A stretch of 64,000 bases of DNA from Prorocentrum cordatum. Lineage: Eukaryota. Shown one piece after another: positions 46,946 through 60,676 of this stretch. The DNA lies in assembly GCA_963575745.1 (NCBI GenBank), contig CAUYUJ010000336.1, forward strand, positions 248,001 through 312,000. Reading direction: 5' to 3'. Position 1 is the first letter of the stretch, and every line of letters begins with the position of its first letter. The notes beneath the pieces are model-generated. The model was not told the DNA's origin. It saw only the letters and a program-made list of their open reading frames with translations, and did not search any database. The translations under genes and the position numbers were made by a program.

Positions 46946-48049
46946 CGTTCTGCTCCCTCGTCCCCCTCGGAGCGCTTGGCGGCGGCACCCGCGCGGCGCT
47001 TGGCGGTGGCGGCCCTCCCCCCTCCGCGGGCGGGCGCGGGCGGCGGCGCTGCGCGGCGGCGTCCTGTGTGGGAGCGGGAGCGCTCTCCGCGCCCAGGAGG
47101 GGGAGGTGGAGGGAGGGGAGGAGGGGGGGGGATGGTCGGAGGGGGTGATTGAGGGGCAGTCGGTCGGACTCGACACTGCAGCAGTCTGCGCGCTCACCCC
47201 GAGAGTCACTGGGTCACTGGGGGGTGCACTTGTTGCTACCGTCATCGTTCCCAACGAAAGGAGGGATGGAGAGAGGGAGGCGGGAGAGGAGGCAGGGAGG
47301 CCGCCCTCTGTGCCAACCTCATGTGGCTGGAGGTATCGCTGTGCGAACAGGGTGGGGAAACTACCCTCCCCCCTGGCGCGGTTTGTGGGGATCCCGACTG
47401 GAAAGCAGGAGCGGGGCATGGGATGCTCGCCCCTTCTCTGCACACCCGCAAACACAGAGACATTGGGTGCACACGCGCGCTGGCATGCGTGATGCTGCGC
47501 CCTGGCACTCGCGACGTCGCTATGGGGCAGCCCTAGCAGCGGTCCAGCAAGAGGGCAGCGGAACGGGGGCGAACAGTTCACGAAATCCAGAGTGAGAGAC
47601 AGAAGCGAAGGTCAAGGGAGACAGGCCCGGCAGGGGAACAGGAGGAGAAATGGATGTATGAAAGGGTATTAGGGAACGCATACCCGCGCTTCGCGCCGCC
47701 GCGCTCCTCCCGGGCAAACTGCGCTGCCCGTCGACAGGGGAAAGGAGGGGAGGAGCAGGCCGACGACGACGAGCGCGCAGGCGGGAGGCCAGTGCCGGCG
47801 GGGCGGGAGGGCAGGCGGAAAAGGGGGGCCGGGCGGAGACAGAAGGCCAGGAGCAATAAGGACGAGGAGGAGAGAGAGGAGGCAACCGCAAGCAACCAAG
47901 GCATGGAACAAAAGGAAAAGGAGGAAAAAGGAAGGAATACGAGGCGGAGTAGTGGGGAAGCAACCGCAAACGAACAGGCTGGGCCAGAGAGAAGAGCCAC
48001 CCGCGACGAGGTGAAGGACCCTGCGGCGACGACATGGGCGGGGTGGCCG

Positions 48050-50500
48050 ACCGAACTAAACGCGCGGCGGCATGGTGGGGAGAGCCCCTTCCGCGGGATC
48101 ACCCGCCTTCCCGCCGCGGAAAGGCCAGACGGCGCGTGTTTCGGGTCGTGGCGACGGCGCGGGGGCGTCCGTGCTGCCCAGCACCGGCCGAGGAGGGGGC
48201 GGGGAGCGTTGGCATCGCCAGGGGGTACTCACACGGCGTCCGCCGCGGAGGCAGCCGCATTCGCGGCCAGGCTGGCCGGGGCCAGCCCCGCCCCTCCAGA
48301 CTGCGTCTGGTGGCGCCACAACATTGCCCGCGCGTTTTCCTAACGCAGGTAGAACGGAAAGTCGTTCGGCGTGCTGGTCCGTATTAAGTGTGGCAGAGGC
48401 CCCGACGGCCCTGGCGTGCCTCGCGGCCCCGACCCCCGCCGTGGGCCCCCACCGGATAGGATGGTGAAAGCCTTGCGCCACGCGCCTCGCACTGCCGCGC
48501 GGTTTCCTGGCGTTGTTTTGTTGAGCTCCTCGTGCCGCTCCGTCGCCGCGCTGGACGAAGCGGCCGACGCGGCGAGGAGATCGGCGCGCAGCCCCGACGT
48601 GGCGGCAAAATGCCAGGCGGCCGCCATACCGCTGCGCTGCCGTGGCCGTCCACAGGGCGGCGGCCGTTGTCGTCAACCTGGGGCCCGCCATGCTCGCCCC
48701 CGGGGTGGCTTCCCTGGCGGGGCGCGGGGGTGGCGGCCCCGGGCGTTCCAACTCCGCCATGGCCTGGCCGGCGGCCAGGGCGTCGAAAAATACCCGGTTG
48801 CGCAGGGCGCCGTGGCGCTTGGTCTGGTCGGCACGGCAGGCGCAGACCACGGCGCGTATGCAAAATACGTCCATCGTTTCGCCGCAAGCTGGGCAAATGC
48901 ACTCCTCCTGCAGGAGCTGGACTCGCATCCGCCCCAACAGGCCGACCTGCATGAGGCCGCGCGGGAACGCGGCGCCAGTGGCCTCGCGAAGCGGCGCCTG
49001 CAGCCCCGCGGTAGCGCCCAGCACCTGCGCCAGGGAGAGGCGCGCCCTGCCTGCCGGCTAGGGTGGCGCCCGCCAGAGGCCCGAGCGCGGCGCTGTCCAC
49101 TGCGTCGGATAGGGCCTTCTGGTCTCCATAATTATTGCGCGGCGCCGAAGGCCGCTTGGTCGGTGCCCCGCGGGATTGCGCCGCGGGCCTGCGCCGCAGC
49201 CGCCGGGCTGCCCCCGCCCGGTGCTAGCGCGGGCGCGCCGCGGCAGCAAGAAGAGCTCGGGGGCTATTCTGGAAGGGCGCCCCAGAGGAGGCAGCAGGCC
49301 GGATGGCCCGCTGAAGCCGTCCAAGGCCCTTCGTGCACGGCGGGGCTTTTCGCGCAGCGGAGTTGATTGGGGAGAGCGGCATTACTGGCGAGCCACGCCA
49401 GGGTCTTGCCTTCTTCACGCAGGCGTTCCATTCCGGGGGTTTGGTCACCCCAAGGTCGTTCTGCACCCCCGGAGCACCGTTACACTTTCTGGGGTCGGGG
49501 GACGGGGTATGGGTTGGGGGAATGGGTGGGGGGATGGGGCCGTCGCGCGCCGTGTTCGCAGGTGGAGCGCGCGCGCGCGCGGAGGAGCGGGCCGCCCGCG
49601 TGCGCTTCGCGCCGCGGCGGGGCGCGTGCGATGCGCGGCGCGCGAAAGTTGCCAGGGGCCGCGCAGGGCGCGGCGCGGGGAATAGGCCGTCGGTGATTAT
49701 GATTGTTCGCGCGGGAGCGATTGGGCGAGATGGTTTGCTCGGTGGAGCAGCGCGTTGATGAGGGCCTTTTCCGCCGCCAGGTTGCCGCGCGGCCCCGCGC
49801 GGGGGTTTGCCCGCAGCCGGAACGCCAGACAGTAGAAGCGCCATGCCCTCTGCGCGCGTGGGCGCTTGGCCGCCCCGATGTTCCCCGCGCCCGGGCGGGG
49901 GGGGGGGCGCTGGCCCGATGGCGGCGCGAGCTGGCGACAGTAGTCTGGGCGGGGGGCCCGGGCGAGACAAAGTCAGCACCGTCGAGGTGAGCGAGCTGGC
50001 CCGACCGCAGATCGTCGAGATGGCGGAAGTAGTCACGTCCGCGGCGGCGGTCGGGGCGACCGGCGAGCTTGGTGGCCCGTTCCCGCCATGGCCTGCGACG
50101 AGAGGGTTGGAGTTCTTCTTGCCGAGTTCAGCCCGAGAGTATCCCGCTCTCCTGCCCAGCACTGGGGTCGTCTGGGGATGTCGGTCATAGATGGCAACGG
50201 CCGCGCCGTGGGAGACTCGGAGACTGCGGCGAACTAATGTCTCAAGTTGCTTGCGTCGGTGAGGCCCTGTGGAAGGACAAGCAGGCGTGGGCTGGCACTG
50301 GCGAGCTCATCGGCGCGGTGGTTGGAGGTTTCAGCACTTGGTGTGCCACGCCACTCGTTGGTGCACGGCTCGCCCAGGTCGCTTTCTACCCCCTGGGCAG
50401 TGAGCGCGTCGGGTTCGGCCTGTAGGGCGCAGTGGGCCATCGGCCAGAGGTCGGCCCGAGCCCCGAGTACCCTTTCGCGGCGGCGGTTTACCAGGGAAGA
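48050..50500 (-). mobile_element. Highly decayed RLE-type (CRE-like) non-LTR retrotransposon
   Basis: Zn knuckle CPACGETMD...VVCAC...KRH..LRN, then RRPVD and WHFAATSGLR (RLE motifs) at ~48550-48930. Faint RT remnants RPIA (~49720) and GVQ (~49465). Boundaries approximate. Confidence 0.7.
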
Positions 50501-53500
50501 CCTTCGAATCCGTCGAACGCGGCTTGGTCTTTTGCGAAAATGTAGGCAGGCCGCTGAGCCGCTGAGCCGCTGATGGGGCGCGGCTAGCGTCTCGGCTCTC
50601 TACGCGAACCGGGCCAGCCACGGCGCCCGCGCAGGGCGGTCGAGACGGCGGCCGCTCCCGCTGCGCGCTCCGAAATCAGCCCCGGCGAGAAGCGGGCGCG
50701 ACTGGCGGGGGCAGGCTCCGCGGGTGGCAGCGCAGGCCCATCGGGCGCCGCGGTCGTCGGCGCAGTCGTCGCAGAGGTCACCGTCGGGGTCCCCCGCCGG
50801 GCGCAGAGCGGGCCGCGGGGCTCGTCCTTGGCGAGGGCGACCTGCAGATCAAGGAGTCGGGGTTCTTCCTCCAGAGGGCTGCAGAGTCTTTTACGCGGCA
50901 GGGTTGTCGCCGCCGTTGCTTAGTGATCACGCCTTTTCAGCGCAGTCCTCTTGGTTCCCCAGCGAGAGCATTTCCCGACACTGCCTTCTTGGATTTCTTG
51001 TTGTAGGGCGCGCCGTCCGCGCGGGGGGCGGGGCAGGGGGTGGGTCGGCCGAGATGCGGCATCTCGGCTGGCGTGTCTTGCTGGGCGCAGTCGCTTCTGC
51101 AGGGTGCAGTCGCCCCCGCGCTGGCAGCGGGCGAGGAGGCCGAATTGCCGCGCCGCGCGCGTGGCCTCACCTCTCGTGCGGAACGGCCACGTGTTAGCGA
51201 AGTCGCCAAACCCTGCGCGACGGCAGCGATGCCCCCCTGGTCGCGCCCGGCTGTCGGGATGCACCTAGAAGGGGCTTTATGCGCGAAGTGCTGGCGCGCA
51301 CTGGCAGGTGTTTCCACGGCAGGGGGATGTCCCAGTCGTGGAAATTCGTGCCGTAGGTTGGCAAGCTCCTTTCGACTTGGGCACTTGTTTGCCACGCGCC
51401 ACCCACTGGGCCTCCCCCGTGGCAGGTTTGCGCGTGGTGACGCAGTACAGTGGCGTTCAGATCGGCGTCTCTCCGCGCCTGCCTTCCGGGTCCGACCGCA
51501 GCCCCCCTCAGCGCGGCGGCGCCAGTTCGGAGGCGCGCCCAGGGGCGGCGAGATCGGAGAGGGCCCGTTGCGAGATCCAGAATATTTGGGCCGAGTGGCC
51601 GCGAAAGTGGCGTTGTTGTAGAGGTGTCTGGTCTGGCTCTCCGGCCAGGCGCTTGAATGTCGGCGCCGGCGGCGCACGCGCTGGCCGCGAGAGATTTGGC
51701 GGAACGTGCTCTCGCTTGAGTGCCTTCGCGGAGACGCCCGATAAACGGCGGTCCGCGACGGGCGACGGCCCCTCGCGCCTCGGCGCAAGCGTTGGCGTCG
51801 AGGTTCAGTTGCGTCGTCGACGTCAGGCGCGACGTTGATGTATCGGGCTTCACCTGGCGGCGCGCTTGCAGCGGCTGCCTGCAAAGTTGATGGGGGGGGG
51901 GGGGCACCTGGCGGTGGAGCTTTTCGCCCGCGGCGCAGCCGACCACCTTGCCAGGGTGGTTCTTTCGGCAAGACAGCCCTTCGACGAGGGCGGACTCGTC
52001 GAACGACGTTTGGAGTTTCCTGGCCGCGGGGGACGCAGACTTGCCGTCGTCGGCGAATACTGAGCTCCCTGAGCGGGGCCCGCGCCGGCACCGTCGCTTG
52101 GGCCGCGCTCGCGCGAGGAGTTCGACGTCGTCGAGGGGCTGCCTTGGAGGTGGCCGCTGGCGCGGGCCAGAGGTTTAGTGTCTAGTGTGGGCTCCGCCCG
52201 TCCGGATGCATCTCCGGTGGCTGCCGTAGAAACGCCGCTTGCTCTTGGCGATGTCCGGCTGGCACCCAGCATGCGGCGCCAGGTTTGCAGATGTCCGTGG
52301 CGACGCGGGCGAGACATCTTCGCGGGTCTGGCGCTGTTCCCGCCGGGGGGATTTGGAAATCGCGCGCGTGCGTACCTGCGGCGCCAGGGTCGTGCTGATG
52401 TGTCTGATAGCGTCGCGTGGGGCCGCCCCGAAGCTAGTCGGGTGGACCCAGTAAGCTATCCAGGCAGTCAAGCTGCGGTAGGCCGGCATTTCCACTGCGT
52501 GGTCCCCTAAAAACGTGACGGAAAAGATCCGTTGATCAGTGGGGAGCTAGCCTTTTCGTTATCGCGTGACATGGGTTTGGCATGTGCACGAGTGCAACAG
52601 GAATTCGACTCATGCGTTTCATGGTTCTCAATGCTTCTAGTGAAATGGTGGAGAACTTTTGGCCTTTTAGTTGTCCACCCGTCGAGGCACCTGGCCCTGG
52701 CGGCGGGGCGGGCCCGTGTGAAGCGGACGAGAGCCTCATCCGTCAAGACGAGCAGTTTGGCCTGCGCCGGCACAGAGAGTTCCAGACGGTATTCCGATTT
52801 ATGAAGTTTACCTACGTAGGAAGGCGTCTGCCCAAGATAGGTTTCCACGTGTCCGTCATGTGGTTTGAGTATGGCCCTGGCGTCGGCCACGACAGTGTTC
52901 TGGTATGGCTCCAGCGGGGCGTAATCGTTGGAGTCACTTCCGTTGTCCGCTGCGGAGTTGCTCAGGACGGTGGTGGACGCATGTTTGGGGACTTGGCTTC
53001 GGTTCCGTCTCCGTCATCAGCTGCGCATCTGTATATTGCTTCTTCGTTCCCATCGGTGCCTGGTGGCGCGTGCGGGTCCCGTTATGCGGGGTACGAAGGT
53101 AGACAGCGTTGGAGCTGTCAGTCAGTTCGGCCCGCTTGCTTTTCGCTCGGCCTCCGTCTTTGGCTCGCATGTGCGTTTTCTTTCAAGATGTTGATGTGGT
53201 TGTTTTCGCCAGCGTGGCAGCGCCTCCTTGGCTGGGATCTGGTTGTGGCGGTCATGTCGTCGACATGATAGTCGGTAGGGTATTCGTCGATGTCCCAGAC
53301 GTGCGGGAGTTCCGTCATACTGGTGACGCGGCAGCGTTTGGCGAAGACGGCAGTTGCATCGTCTTTACCTGTGCCCAGGGGCCAGGATGGCTGGTGTCAT
53401 GAACGTTACTTTGTTCCTGGTGGGACGTCGGGCCTTTTTTGATTGCTCTGAGTTGCCGCAGTAGTTCGCCGAGAGCGATAGTGATTCGATTGGCCATTCC

Positions 53501-56495
53501 ATGCTCAGGATGCACGAGCGGTGCGGCGTAGGCATCTTGGAACCGTGGCTCCTGGCCGTGCCTTGCGGTTTTTCCTTTCATTCTGCGGCAGGAACCTGTC
53601 GCTGAGTTCCGTGTGGAAAGCGTGCGCCCTTTGGTTCATCCACCTCGCCAGCGGCATCAGCCACGCCCATGCCTGTGGAGTTAGCATGCTTGATGCGGTC
53701 TCCAAGCGTTTGCTGTTCATCCGGGTCTATCGTTGGGGATGCCGGCGGGTAGGGGGTAGGGCCGCCTTTAGTCTCTTCGCAGGGTGCCCGATGGCACCGA
53801 GGTCGACGGAGACCATGGGTCCGAGGCTGACGCGAGCAGAGAGCTACGTAGGGGGGACGAGGGAGAAGGAGTGCAGGAGGGGCCTCGGGCCTCCGCGGGC
53901 ACCAGACCTCCGACGGCTCTCGATTACTGCGTGCCGCCAGGCCCCAGAGTTCTCCCCTCTCCCTGTTTGACGGTCCAGACCAGGACATTGGTTGTATCGT
54001 GGGTTGCCAGGAGGTGGTCCTGATTCAAAGTGCTCCTGGCTCTTCACGCCATTTGGAGCCCCTGGAGCGTCGTGAGAGGTGCTCTGAAAACCGAGAGGGC
54101 CTCCCTGGAAGCCCTGCGGACACCCTGGGCCAGGGGCACCTTTGGCAACACCCGATTCGAATCGCCGAACACTGCAAAGAGCAGCTGGCGAGATTCTTGC
54201 GAGTCCCAGAGGCCTCGGACAGTCGTTGCTGTCCTCGTCCGCCCGGAGCGTTGCCATCCAGATGTCGGTTGTCTTGGGGTCGCTTGCTTACCCGAGGAGA
54301 TCGCGAAGGAAGAGGAGGGTTGGGAGAGGAGGAGGGATCAGAGAAGAAGCTTTGGGCGAAGAAGTCCCACCAGCCCTGTAGGGCGTTCGTAGGTGGTTTA
54401 GCAGGCTCGTTCTTAAATCATATCTTCCTCGTCGGAGATAGGCTCCCTGGCTTATTACTGGTGGTACACATTTCTTCCCCCACTGGCCCAGCTGGCAACC
54501 AGGGTCAATGCCAACACACCCATTACCCTCAAAACGGCATGCACTTAGCGGCAACATCCAAGTCATGTTCAGGCGTCCCGCGATCATTTGTATGGCAAGT
54601 TGTCAGGGACGGCGGGGGGTATCAGATTGCCCAGCGCGTGCAGGCAAAATGTAGGGCCCTGCGCTGGCGCCCTGCGATAGTTTCGCATTGATATGTTTCA
54701 GGGATGACGTGGGGTGCTCGCATCTTGTGGTGTGTGTGTGTGTGTGTGCAGTCGTATGGGCAGTTTCGTTTTTTCTTGCAACTGTCTGCCCCCATCCGGA
54801 CCTCCCATCTGTTACGCCAGGTGGAACTACGCCTAAGAGTGTCCCAGTTTAGCGCTTCGCGCCGGTCTCGTCACCTCGCCGTTGAAGGAGAACGTCTGCG
54901 GCTCCACCGTCCCAGTCTTAAATGATGGGGGGGCCCTCATGTTTCGGTGTGGGTGTGTGTGTGTGCGTGTGTGTGTGTGTGTGTATGTGTGTGTGTGTTC
55001 GCGTCAGCGGCCGCTGCGTGCTGTCCGTCAGGGCGGCGCGTGGCTCTGTTCACCCGCTCGCTGCACCCTTCCGGTGCCTCCCTGGTCTCCCTGCCAGCGC
55101 TGCTGCCACCCGCTGGCTGCCACGTGCTGTCCGTCGGGGCGGCGCGTGGCCCCTCCTCCTCCTGCGCCGCTCGTGCGCCGCTCCTGGCTCGCCGTCACGC
55201 GCTGTCCGTCGGGGCGGCGGGTGACCCAGAGTTCCCCTGCCTGTTGCACCATTCCGGTGCCCCTGTGGCGCGGCCCTCTGGCCGCGCCCCCCCCTCGGCT
55301 TCGCCCCCAACCCCGCCGTCTGCGCCCCATCGCAGTGCGGTCGCTGGCGCACCCGCCTGTGCCCGCCTGCCTCCGCGCCCTCAGCCACCTGGCCCGCTCC
55401 ACCTGTGGAGCGGCCGCCCCTGGGCCAGGCACCGTCGGTCGCCACTGTTGGCTCTGCAGTTTCGCCCTCCCCGTCGTCTGCACCTTTGCAGTGCGGCCGC
55501 CGGCGCCCGCCAGTGCCCGCCCTCACTCCGCACTCTTTGTTACCTGGCCGCGCCCACCTCTTTGTAGAGCGGACCGCCTCCGTGCCTGGCACCTCCGTTC
55601 GCCTCTCTGGCCCTCGCGCTCCCAGACGCGCTCGGCTCGGCTCGCCTCGAGTCTGTGCTTCCACAGTGCCCCCGCCCCGCCGCTGTCGCCGCAGCTGCGG
55701 GCCTTCCTCCTCGTCTTCCTTTCCTCGCCCGCCTTCCTGCTCCCCCCCTCCTCGGGCCGCCATGGCGCCGCCACCCCGCAGGTCGTGTTCGCTGTCGCCG
55801 CGCCCTGCTGCCCTTCTGGACGCCCAGACGCGCCGTCCACCAGCGCCCACGCGAGTGCGTATGGCATCGCACGTCAAGCTGAAGAACAAGATGAAGCATT
55901 TTGCTCGAGGCAGTCCACGGGCGCTCGCACTGTTTCCCTTGCCCAGCGCCTCGCGCCTGCCGACGCGGATTGCTTGACCTGCGCTCCGGCCCCCCCGATG
56001 CCGTCCCCGCCGCCCGCTGGCCGCACTGGCTGCTCTCGGCGGAAGTCTTCCGCCACTGAGTGCGCGCCCTCCCCCCCGTTTCTGTCCTTCTTCCTCCCTC
56101 CTCCTGCATGCTGGCCAATTCGCTTTGCAGGTGCCCTGCATCGTTGCCACGCTGGAGCGGATTGCCCCGCCTTGCCGCCGACGGAAAAAAGTGTGTGTGT
56201 GTGTGTGTACTCCCGCCCGCGCGGGCCGGCGGCGCCGAGGCTGCCTGGCGCGGGGTCTTGAGGCAGCGCTTCGCGGCGCGCCCGGGCCCCCCCGACTAGA
56301 GGTGCGGCGGCGCCGGGCTAATTAGGTGGAATTAGCTTCGGCGGCTGCCCTGGGCAGCCGTTGTCCCGCGCGCTCGCCGGGCGCGCTTTTTGTCCTACTC
56401 GTTCCTCCTCCCCCTCCGCCGCCTCCTTTTCCGGCTTTTCCGCGTCTGCTCGTCACCCGTTCTTGCCGTTGGGCCCCCGCTGGATTGTAAAACAA

Positions 56496-56630
56496 GTGTG
56501 TGTGTGTGTGTGGTGTGTGGTGTGTGGTGTGTGGTGTGTGGTGTGTGGTGTGTGGTGTGTGGTGTGGGTGTGGGTGTGGGTGTGTGTGTGTGTGTTGTGT
56601 GTTGTGTTGTGTGTGTGTGTGCGTGTGTGC

Positions 56631-56669
<39 letters not shown>

Positions 56670-56752
56670 GGCGGGCGGGCGGGCGGGCGGGCGGGCGGGC
56701 GGGCGGGCGGGCGGGCGGGCGGGCGGGCGGGCGTGTGTGTGTGTGTGTGTGT
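56496..56752. repeat. Compound microsatellite (GT)n/(GTGTGTG)n/(GTGC)n/(GGGC)n
   Basis: Directly visible. Confidence 0.95.
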
Positions 56753-57732
56753 GCTCACGCGGGCCCACCATCCCTGTCAAATGCATTTACAAAGTTTAGT
56801 TGGGGCCCGCGCCATACACAATGAATGCAGCTCTTGCCCGCCGAGCCTGCACACACGATACCGCGGCCCTCCGACCCGTGGGCCTTGGTGCCGTCCGCTT
56901 CCCCATGCTTGAGTCTGCGGTTCTCCGACCCCTGGGCCTTGGTGCCGTCCGCGGCCTCGTGCAGACCCTCGCTCAGCTTCCCTGCCGTCGGTTTGGCCAC
57001 GTTCTTCTCCACCTGCGCTGCCGCCGGTCCGCACTCGCCCGCGCCCGTGCCCTCCGACTCGAGCGATACCTCATCCTCCAGCGCGAAGGTGTCCAGCACG
57101 ACGTCCCAGGCGTCACCCTCCAAGTCCCCCGCTCTTTGACGCCATCTTCCGACTCCGTTTCCTCCACGTCGGCCTGCTCCAGCCCGCTCCCGCCCTGCGC
57201 CGCCGCCGACGGCGCCACCGAGACGCCCAGGGCTTGCAGCACTCCGTCGGCCTTGGGCGAACCAGGCCAGGACGAAGTGCTCTGCCTTCTTCTGGAGGGG
57301 CGCCACCGCCCCGTCCAGGAGGCGCTCGAACGCTCTGGCATCCCATCCGTCAGGCAGCCGCGCGAACCCGCCCGCCGCCCCTGGCGGCGGCGAGTGCCGC
57401 GGTGCGTTGCCCGCCACCAGCGCCTCCTCCGCCTCGTCCAGGCGGGCGGCCTCGCAGCCCAGCAGCCTCCCCGCCGCCAGCGCCTCCCCGAGGGTCGGGA
57501 GGTGGCGGCCCCCTGCGTGCGCGAGCTGCCAGTGGACGTCCAGCGGGGTCTGCAGCTCCCGCACCCGCTTGCCGCACACGGCGCAGGCGTCGGGTCAGTG
57601 TTCGGGCGGAGGCCGCCGCCCCGCTCCTTCCGTCCGTAGGCCTCTGGCGCGCGGCCGAGCGCCTGCCGCGGGCGCGCACTGGCGCGAGGGCCTCCCGTAC
57701 GCCAGCCTCGCTTGGGCCACAATGGCTACGGA
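56753..57732 (-). mobile_element. About 1-kb SL-headed, intronless decayed retro-copy ending in a (CA)n tail
   Basis: SL relic at the 5' end, a broken ORF (RELQTPLDVHWQLAH...), and a microsatellite at the 3' end. Confidence 0.6.
57711..57732 (-). other. Dinoflagellate spliced-leader relic (20/22 match)
   Basis: Reverse complement reads TCCGTAGCCATTGTGGCCCAAG. Confidence 0.85.
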
Positions 57733-59409
57733 CGACGGCGACGGCGACGGCGGCGATGACGACGACGAGCCCGAGGCCTCGGAGGAGCGAACAGGGAGGA
57801 GCGAACAGGGAGGAGGGGAGGTCCGCAGGCCGTCCCTGCCTCCTGGAGATCACCGGGCGCGTTCCACAACTCGCGGAGTGCCGACTCGCAAACGTCAGAA
57901 AAACCATGCTTTCCTCGAAGTAATGGATCGTGAATCTCCCGCGGCGGATCCAGGCCATTGGCGAGTAGCTACGTTGCGGGTAATGGCACGCGCTTGCACG
58001 CGCTTGTCTAGAGGAGGAGGGTCCGCAGGCCCCTTTGCAACCCCACCAGGGCGGCGTGCGCGAGCCTCCGGGGGGCGCGAGTGGCGCAGCGATGGGCGCG
58101 GCGCGCGCGCGGCGGGCGGGCGCCGTCGCTGCCGGCCAGGCCCCTCGTTGGCTTTTTACGTGCTCGCTGGGAGGCGCGGGGGAGGAGGAGAGGAGAGGGG
58201 CGAGGAGATGGAGGCGGAGGGGGAGGAGTGGGAGGAGGGGGAGGGGGAGGGGGAAGAGAAGGGGGAGGGGGTCGTGAGGGGGGGTGTAGAGCGAGGACCA
58301 GGGAAAGGACGCCGACGAGAGCGAGGCCGACGACGCGAGGGTGCGAGCAGGCGGCCGCGTGTTCCACGCTTGCCGCCGCGCGTTTGCCTGATCCTCATAT
58401 TGTTCGGGTCAGTATGCGACACGAGGGAACTCTACAAGCCAGCCTGGGACCATGGAGGGCAGACTTTTCGGGCAAGTGCCGAGCACAGCAATCATTCTGG
58501 CGAAGGTCAATTAGTATTACGTTATCGGTCAGGTGCGATTTGGATTACCGATTTGAGTTCCAACACAGCGTGTGGATAGGTTTCCAGGATTCGCCTGAAG
58601 TAGGTGCAAACCAAGGGTGACATGACAGTCGTTGGAATGCTTTCCGCGGTGTTGGGAGCGCCTGGGGCACGTAGCAACATGCGCGCGCCGACGTTTCAAC
58701 GACAATGGATCATTTGAAACCTCAGTTCCATACCGCGTAATGTTGGGAGCCAGTGTGCGGGAGGCCAAGTCCCGTAATCGTCGCGTCGGCGTGATTTACC
58801 CCATGCAAAGGCTCAAAACGCAAAGCTTGCATGATCGCTCAGCTGTTGCATGCTTTTCCTCAACCGTCCTATCAGCTTGTTCAGAAGGGTTCTATCTACC
58901 TGACCACCCACAGTTGCGGATACAAGGGGGAGGCATTGACTCGCCCGCGCCGCGATCCCGCCGCGACCCACCCGCGCCGCCGCCGACGACGACGACGACG
59001 TCGACGACGACAAGAACACTGGCAACAATTGTAACACTCGCTGGCCTAATCCTCCTTCTCCTTCAGGCCACGGTTCACGACACGATGTTGCTTATTGACG
59101 GTCGGCTCGGGTGGCGTCCCCGGCTTGCTTGGCGAATGTTTGTTTAGAGCTGTGGTGGTAACCACGATGTCCTACCTACCCTGCACCGCGGAACCCCACT
59201 GCAGCCACGCCCCCCGGGACTCTGTAAGACCGCTCGGCCCCATGGCTCGTGGGAAGGGTCGGGGGGGCCGTTGCCGGCCCCAAATCGGTGACCCGATGGG
59301 TCTCCGTGTGGTCTGCGGTATGGCCTCCTGGGGCCGGGGGGGGGGGCGTTGCCGGCCCCCGGCTTGGTGCCCTGATGGTCTGCCGCATGGGTTCCCTGCA
59401 AAGTCTCCC

Positions 59410-59740
59410 TACGTATGGTCACCCGCATGGTCTCCCGTGTGGCCTGCTGTATGGTCTCCGTATGGTCTCCCGTACGGTCACCCGTATGTTCTCCCGTATG
59501 GGCTCACGGCCTCTCGTATGATATCCCGTACGTTCTCCCACATGGGTTTCCGTCTGAGTTGACGTGTGGTCTTTCGTATGGTCTCCGCTCTCCCATCTGG
59601 TCTCCCGTATGCTGTGCTGTCTGATTACCCGTACGGTCTGCAGTATGTGTTCCCGGCTTATTTCCCGTGTTTATTTCCCGGATTACGATGTTCCGCGTGT
59701 GATTCCCCTTATGTTATTTCCCGTATGGTCTCCCGTACGC
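59410..59740. repeat. Degenerate 12-bp minisatellite (CCCGTATGGTCT)
   Basis: Directly visible. Confidence 0.8.
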
Positions 59741-60289
59741 ACAGTGCAGTTCAACGTTATATGCATTGCATGGTGGGAACTGTGTTGTTTGTGGTCGTCT
59801 TCCGCCAGTGTGTAGTGTTTCTGCTGTCAGGGTGTGGGTTTCGTAATGCGTGCGCAACGTGGACTTCAATGCATCACGGGCATTATTTTGTGCGCGAACA
59901 GCCCCGTAGATTCGTAGAACATGTTTGGCCGTGTCTACACTTCGCCAGATGTGTTGTGGCGACTTGCGCGTGGCACGCGTGGCACGCCTGACTGACTCCT
60001 AGGACCAGTGGGAGTTCGTTCGCGCTACGTGCCACTGTTGGCCCCAGGTACAATCGTTGCATAACTTTGATGCGTTTCAGGGAAAACCCACGCTCATCAT
60101 GCGAGGTCCCATGATTTCAGCTAGGTGGTGTTCGAACGCACGTTAGTGGTTCCTCATGTCCCTCCCTGTGTGTCGAGTCCGACATAGTCAAGTTAAGCGA
60201 TATGGGAAAGTCTCTCTTGCGGAACGGGTGTTTCACTTCTAGAGGTGGATGCAGCGAGTTTGTTGGCGACCCGTCTTGTCGACCACCAG

Positions 60290-60676
60290 TCAAGATACAT
60301 TAAAAGGTGGAACGTTTAAATCGTCTGAAGTGGCAACGACCTCTTCGACATTACTGGATTCATCTTGGAACAGCAGTGTTGGTCGGTGATAGCTTAGATG
60401 CATCTGCTGACGTCGGGCCATCCTGAAGAATCTTGCAGTTCCGAGGGGGTCGAACTGGCTGTCTTCGTCGGCACCGCAGCAATGTTGGAGCCTTGCCAAG
60501 ACAAGCTCGCGGTTACTATGTTCTTCTGAGTAGGCATTTTCGATTGACAGTTGGTAGGCCCCCCCGGGACCTCTCGAACTCTTTTGAATACCTCGTGGCT
60601 TTCCCTTTCAAGCATCATGGAGCTTTTGGGGGGCGGCCTTCTTTTTGAGAAAATACACGACCGCCGCCATCACAAA
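60290..60676 (-). pseudogene. Possible RNA-dependent polymerase (RdRp-like) relic
   Basis: One frame with one internal stop: YFLKKK...KGKPRGIQ (motif F-like), ADEDSQFD (A-like), VVATSDD (C-like). Motif B was not seen. Confidence 0.3.

Noticed and set aside
54882..58579. Long Arg/Pro/Ala-rich ORFs of 250-460 aa on both strands
   Set aside because: Overlapping open frames are expected at this GC content and over microsatellites; no recognisable domains.
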